A stretch of DNA of 64,000 nt, from the IMG/VR virus record IMGVR_UViG_3300005326_000040, positions 1 to 64,000 of that record. One strand, 5' to 3'. Below the pieces are notes generated by a model. The model ran no database searches, was not told where the DNA came from, and saw only the letters and a program-made list of their open reading frames with translations. The stretch's first letter is position 1; each line of letters opens with the position of its first letter. This DNA comes from a virus. Taxonomy: Duplodnaviria; Caudoviricetes. Of this stretch, positions 61,167-64,000 are shown piece after piece. The position numbers and the translations under genes were made by a program.

Positions 61167-61607
61167 TTAACCCTTTAAGAGTTCAGCTACCAAAGCTTCT
61201 ACATCACTTAGCTTCACGATAAGCGCATCAGCTTTGATTGCTTTCAAAATCATTCCCTTACTTTTCCCCTCATTGCTCCCAGGCCCAATCTCAAAACCCT
61301 TCTCAAGAACATAAGCTCGAAGCTCTTCTTGTGTAAGAGGCTTTGGAAGATACTTTTCTAGCAGCAATGATTCTTTTTCTAGTCTTTCCATTTCCTTCGC
61401 CCGAGCAGAATCATCCTTAATAGCGTCAATAGAAGTAGAAATTCCACTAATTAACTTTTTGATAATAGCAAGCTTATCCGCCTCTGAAGATTTTTCCGTA
61501 CAACGAAGCTGAATCTCTCCTAAAGCTAGCCTCAAAATATCTTTGGCTAGTTCGTCTTTTTGCTTCATTGATACTAAAATGTCATTTCGTAGGTCTTGCT
61601 CTAACAT
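61167..61607 (-). CDS. GatB/YqeY domain protein
   Basis: SMKQKDELAKDILRLALGEI...ESLLLEKYLPKPLTQEEL...GMILKAIK. Confidence 0.85.
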   Translation of the reverse strand: MLEQDLRNDILVSMKQKDELAKDILRLALGEIQLRCTEKSSEADKLAIIKKLISGISTSIDAIKDDSARAKEMERLEKESLLLEKYLPKPLTQEELRAYVLEKGFEIGPGSNEGKSKGMILKAIKADALIVKLSDVEALVAELLKG

Positions 61608-61622
61608 AATAGCCTTCTTTCT

Positions 61623-62000
61623 TTAATCGTCCGTATCGGATGTGCTAGAATCTACCCTGTTGGTCATTCGTAATATACCCCAGATTCTACCCGCCAATTC
61701 TCTACTAACAGTATTTTTTGCAATGTCTCCAAGGTGCAAAATTACTTTTTCAAAACCATATTCCTTCGTTAACTGGAAAAGCTGGTCATATAGATTTCCA
61801 ATTGTTACGAAATTGGGACGAGGAACATTGGTTCTGTTCCTATTGCTTTTACCTTTGGCAAACATCTTTCCTCTAAATTGTTTTGGATTTTCTAATTCTA
61901 GATGGACATTTGAACCACAGAAGATGGTTCCAACGTATCTTGATAGAATATATATCCGTTGTTGCCTAGAAATATTGCTGAAAAAATATATCAAAGACAC
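61623..62000 (-). CDS. Hypothetical protein
   Basis: ORF track; true start probably internal (MFAKGK after AGAGGA). Confidence 0.45.
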   Translation of the reverse strand: MSLIYFFSNISRQQRIYILSRYVGTIFCGSNVHLELENPKQFRGKMFAKGKSNRNRTNVPRPNFVTIGNLYDQLFQLTKEYGFEKVILHLGDIAKNTVSRELAGRIWGILRMTNRVDSSTSDTDD

Positions 62001-62044
62001 GCCATACTATTAGGAACGTTTTTTCTTTAGAAGGTTACATTCAC

Positions 62045-62983
62045 ATGAATATCAAGCAAATTGAAGAATCTATCTCTTTATTTTTGAAAATGGCCGACGA
62101 CCAAAGTTTTTATATGTCGCCATTTCAAGCAGAAGAAATTGTTGAGAGACGACTCAATAAAACAGCAGATTTTTGGCAAGAGAAAGCTCAACAACTGGGT
62201 ATGGAAGCTCCTCCAGAAGGAGTTGTTCTAGAGAGCGGTGGTTCAAGCTCTACATCTAGTGATGTCGTGTTGGATGACGGAGCAGATGAAGTACTAGATG
62301 AAGATACATCTGGCGAGATAGTGGGAGATGAAACAGACGAAACAGACGAAACGGATGGAACAGACGAGTTAGATGTTTTACCCACAACTGACGACGTTGA
62401 AGAGACTGATCTTGACAGCGCCAGTGATGACCTCGATGTTGAACCAGATGCTGACACTGACCTTGATTCAATTGATACGGTTTCTAGCGCGGCATATAAC
62501 GATGCTATCAAGAAAATGGCAACCATAAATAAAGCTGCATTGCTTGATGATTCCATTAGTGATGACGACGATTTGGCCAATCAAGCTCTCGACGGTTTGT
62601 TTGACAGTGAAGACAGTAAAAACAGCGAGGATAACCCTCCAATTGAAACATTTGGCTTGGAAACAGATGATGATTCAGACCTAGATGGATTTGATTCAGA
62701 AAATGATGACTCAGACCTAACCGGGCTAAATCTCGATGAAACAGGTGATGACCTTCTTGATGAAACTGGCGATGACCTTTCTGGTTTAGATACAGTTTCC
62801 CCTCATATAGATGAGTCTGAACTCGATGATATGCTGAGCAGCGAGTTAGATAGTGATATCTCAGATGAAGACAACGAAGACGGCGGAATAGATTTGACAG
62901 ACATCTTAGGCCCAGACCAAAGCGAAGATGACACAGCCATTGAAGGCGTTGAAGATTTTGAAAACTTTGAAGATGAAAAATAA
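62045..62983 (+). CDS. Extremely acidic low-complexity protein (312 aa)
   Basis: Asp/Glu-dominated, with DETGDDL repeated. Confidence 0.75.
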   Translation: MNIKQIEESISLFLKMADDQSFYMSPFQAEEIVERRLNKTADFWQEKAQQLGMEAPPEGVVLESGGSSSTSSDVVLDDGADEVLDEDTSGEIVGDETDETDETDGTDELDVLPTTDDVEETDLDSASDDLDVEPDADTDLDSIDTVSSAAYNDAIKKMATINKAALLDDSISDDDDLANQALDGLFDSEDSKNSEDNPPIETFGLETDDDSDLDGFDSENDDSDLTGLNLDETGDDLLDETGDDLSGLDTVSPHIDESELDDMLSSELDSDISDEDNEDGGIDLTDILGPDQSEDDTAIEGVEDFENFEDEK

Positions 62984-63006
62984 CATAATCTAAAGAAAAT
63001 AAAAGA

Positions 63007-63035
63007 AAACGGCTGGTAAAAAATACCAGCCGTTT
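63007..63035. terminator. Bidirectional terminator hairpin between convergent genes
   Basis: AAACGGCTGGTA-AAAAA-TACCAGCCGTTT perfect 12-bp stem. Confidence 0.85.
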
Positions 63036-63056
63036 CTAATTTAAGCAACTATTAAG

Positions 63057-63845
63057 TTATAGATTGTACTTGTCGTAATGCTTGGCTATCTCTGTCGCTA
63101 CACCAGAAACTATACCCGTATATGTCTTAATGTTCTCGGTGTAATATCTTTTCTCTCCAAGCGCTTGCGAATATCCTTGAATGTTTCCTGCAATTGCTTG
63201 ATCAATTGCTCCCTTGTGCTTACTGAACAGAAAACTATACCAATCACCTAGCCCTTGCGCTAAAGAACTATATGACCTCCAAAACCAATCTTTGTTTATG
63301 TAACGCTCTCCAGTTTTTAAGTCTCTTTGTGGGTCATCCATGATAAATACTGAACCGTCCCAATATGTGTTCTTTGACCCAACAGCATGATAGTTGCCTA
63401 CATTGTAGTTAAAGCAACCTGCAAAGCCTGTTTCAGCTTTGATTTGTGAAGTTAATGCTACTAAAAGGTTTTTCTTTTCCTCGGGGCTTATACCGGGATG
63501 CTTCTGTATTACAATCTGATTCAAACCACGTAAGACATCTTGTTCGTTCAATCCCGTCTTTTGCTTTGGAACGATTCTATAACCTTTTTTAGTCGCAGCT
63601 TCTAAGATAGCTTTTTCTCTAGCTTCCCCTTCCAAACCATTAAATCTATCACGATAGTTCTTCTTGGGCTTTTCTTTCTTTTCGCCGGAGGGAGTTTCTT
63701 TTTTTGTTTCCCCCAAAAGCTCGCCAACCCAACCGGAAAAACTATCTGCATTTAAATTCTTATCATCTAAAGCTAGTTTGGATAAGCCATAGTACGCCTT
63801 TGCCCACTTGCTCAAAAGCTCGATATCTTTTTTGCTAGAATTCAT
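63057..63845 (-). CDS. GH73/FlgJ-like peptidoglycan hydrolase (glucosaminidase/muramidase)
   Basis: SQIKAETG (catalytic Glu), FNYNVGNYHA, FWRSYSSLAQGLGDW, KRYYTE (YxT motif). Confidence 0.65.
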   Translation of the reverse strand: MNSSKKDIELLSKWAKAYYGLSKLALDDKNLNADSFSGWVGELLGETKKETPSGEKKEKPKKNYRDRFNGLEGEAREKAILEAATKKGYRIVPKQKTGLNEQDVLRGLNQIVIQKHPGISPEEKKNLLVALTSQIKAETGFAGCFNYNVGNYHAVGSKNTYWDGSVFIMDDPQRDLKTGERYINKDWFWRSYSSLAQGLGDWYSFLFSKHKGAIDQAIAGNIQGYSQALGEKRYYTENIKTYTGIVSGVATEIAKHYDKYNL

Positions 63846-64000
63846 CTCAAGAATATGTCCTATTATTGCTGGTGAGATAAGAATGTGTGAGTTCCTAGAT
63901 CTCTATGATCTGTCAGATCCCAGTTTTCCTAATTCCTTTGTAGCTGGAACTCACAGTGCGGAGATTGTAAACGCAGCCAGCAGAACATCCCTTACATTCG

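Noticed and set aside
303-63048. Many antisense or nested ORFs in the six-frame track (e.g. 4526-5095, 8058-8624, 43578-44222, 52491-53084, 58379-58807)
   Set aside because: They lie opposite or inside well-supported genes, lack RBSs and have shadow-frame composition (Ser/Phe/Leu-rich).
1-64000. Genome-wide stop-codon reassignment (suggested by the UUA tRNA and the TAG at 30063)
   Set aside because: Long genes (up to 2245 aa) are intact under the standard code, and TAA, TAG and TGA all end genes followed by properly spaced starts. About a third of the TAA-ended genes I checked are in frame with the next gene, which is chance level.
1-64000. CRISPR array or mini-array
   Set aside because: No run of equal-length repeats with unique spacers. 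The repeats found are coding (APPIP, DETGDD) or the two-copy tRNA spacer.

Overview
This window is a 64-kb slice of a low-GC, gene-dense, tailed jumbo/huge bacteriophage genome. It is not a cellular chromosome: there are no rRNA genes, no housekeeping operons, no CRISPR array and no recognisable mobile element. Bases 1-30 kb are a + strand run of about 80 mostly short hypothetical genes. Among them are accessory enzymes (DHFR, GroES, orphan DNA methyltransferase, FAD oxidoreductase, HAD, DEDDh and HD nucleotide enzymes, SMR-type transporter, YspA-SLOG, ADP-ribosylglycohydrolase, NADAR-like DUF6939 protein) and seven tRNA or tRNA-like genes. Several tRNAs are odd: one has a 57-nt hairpin insertion in the anticodon loop, one has a UUA (ochre-reading) anticodon, and three have non-canonical T-loops. 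A divergent major-capsid-protein paralogue follows the tRNA cluster. Bases 30-46 kb carry a myxobacterial (Polyangiaceae-like) GltG/AgmX/PglI TonB-C membrane protein, which is the main host clue. They also carry two tail-to-tail tail-fibre-like paralogues, a GT2-TPR glycosyltransferase, a RecD/Dda helicase, a second DEDDh exonuclease, an M23 peptidase, an alpha/beta hydrolase, degenerate NadE-like and CoaE-like proteins, and a ~220-nt highly structured intergenic RNA with its own promoter-like motif and terminator. Bases 46-64 kb hold very large unknown proteins (2245, 860, 783 and 731 aa) with Pro-rich repeats and recurrent K-x-A motifs (candidate protease-processed virion cargo), plus a glycosyltransferase, YqeY, a very acidic protein and a GH73-like muramidase. 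All family assignments come from motif recognition by eye. No database searches were run.
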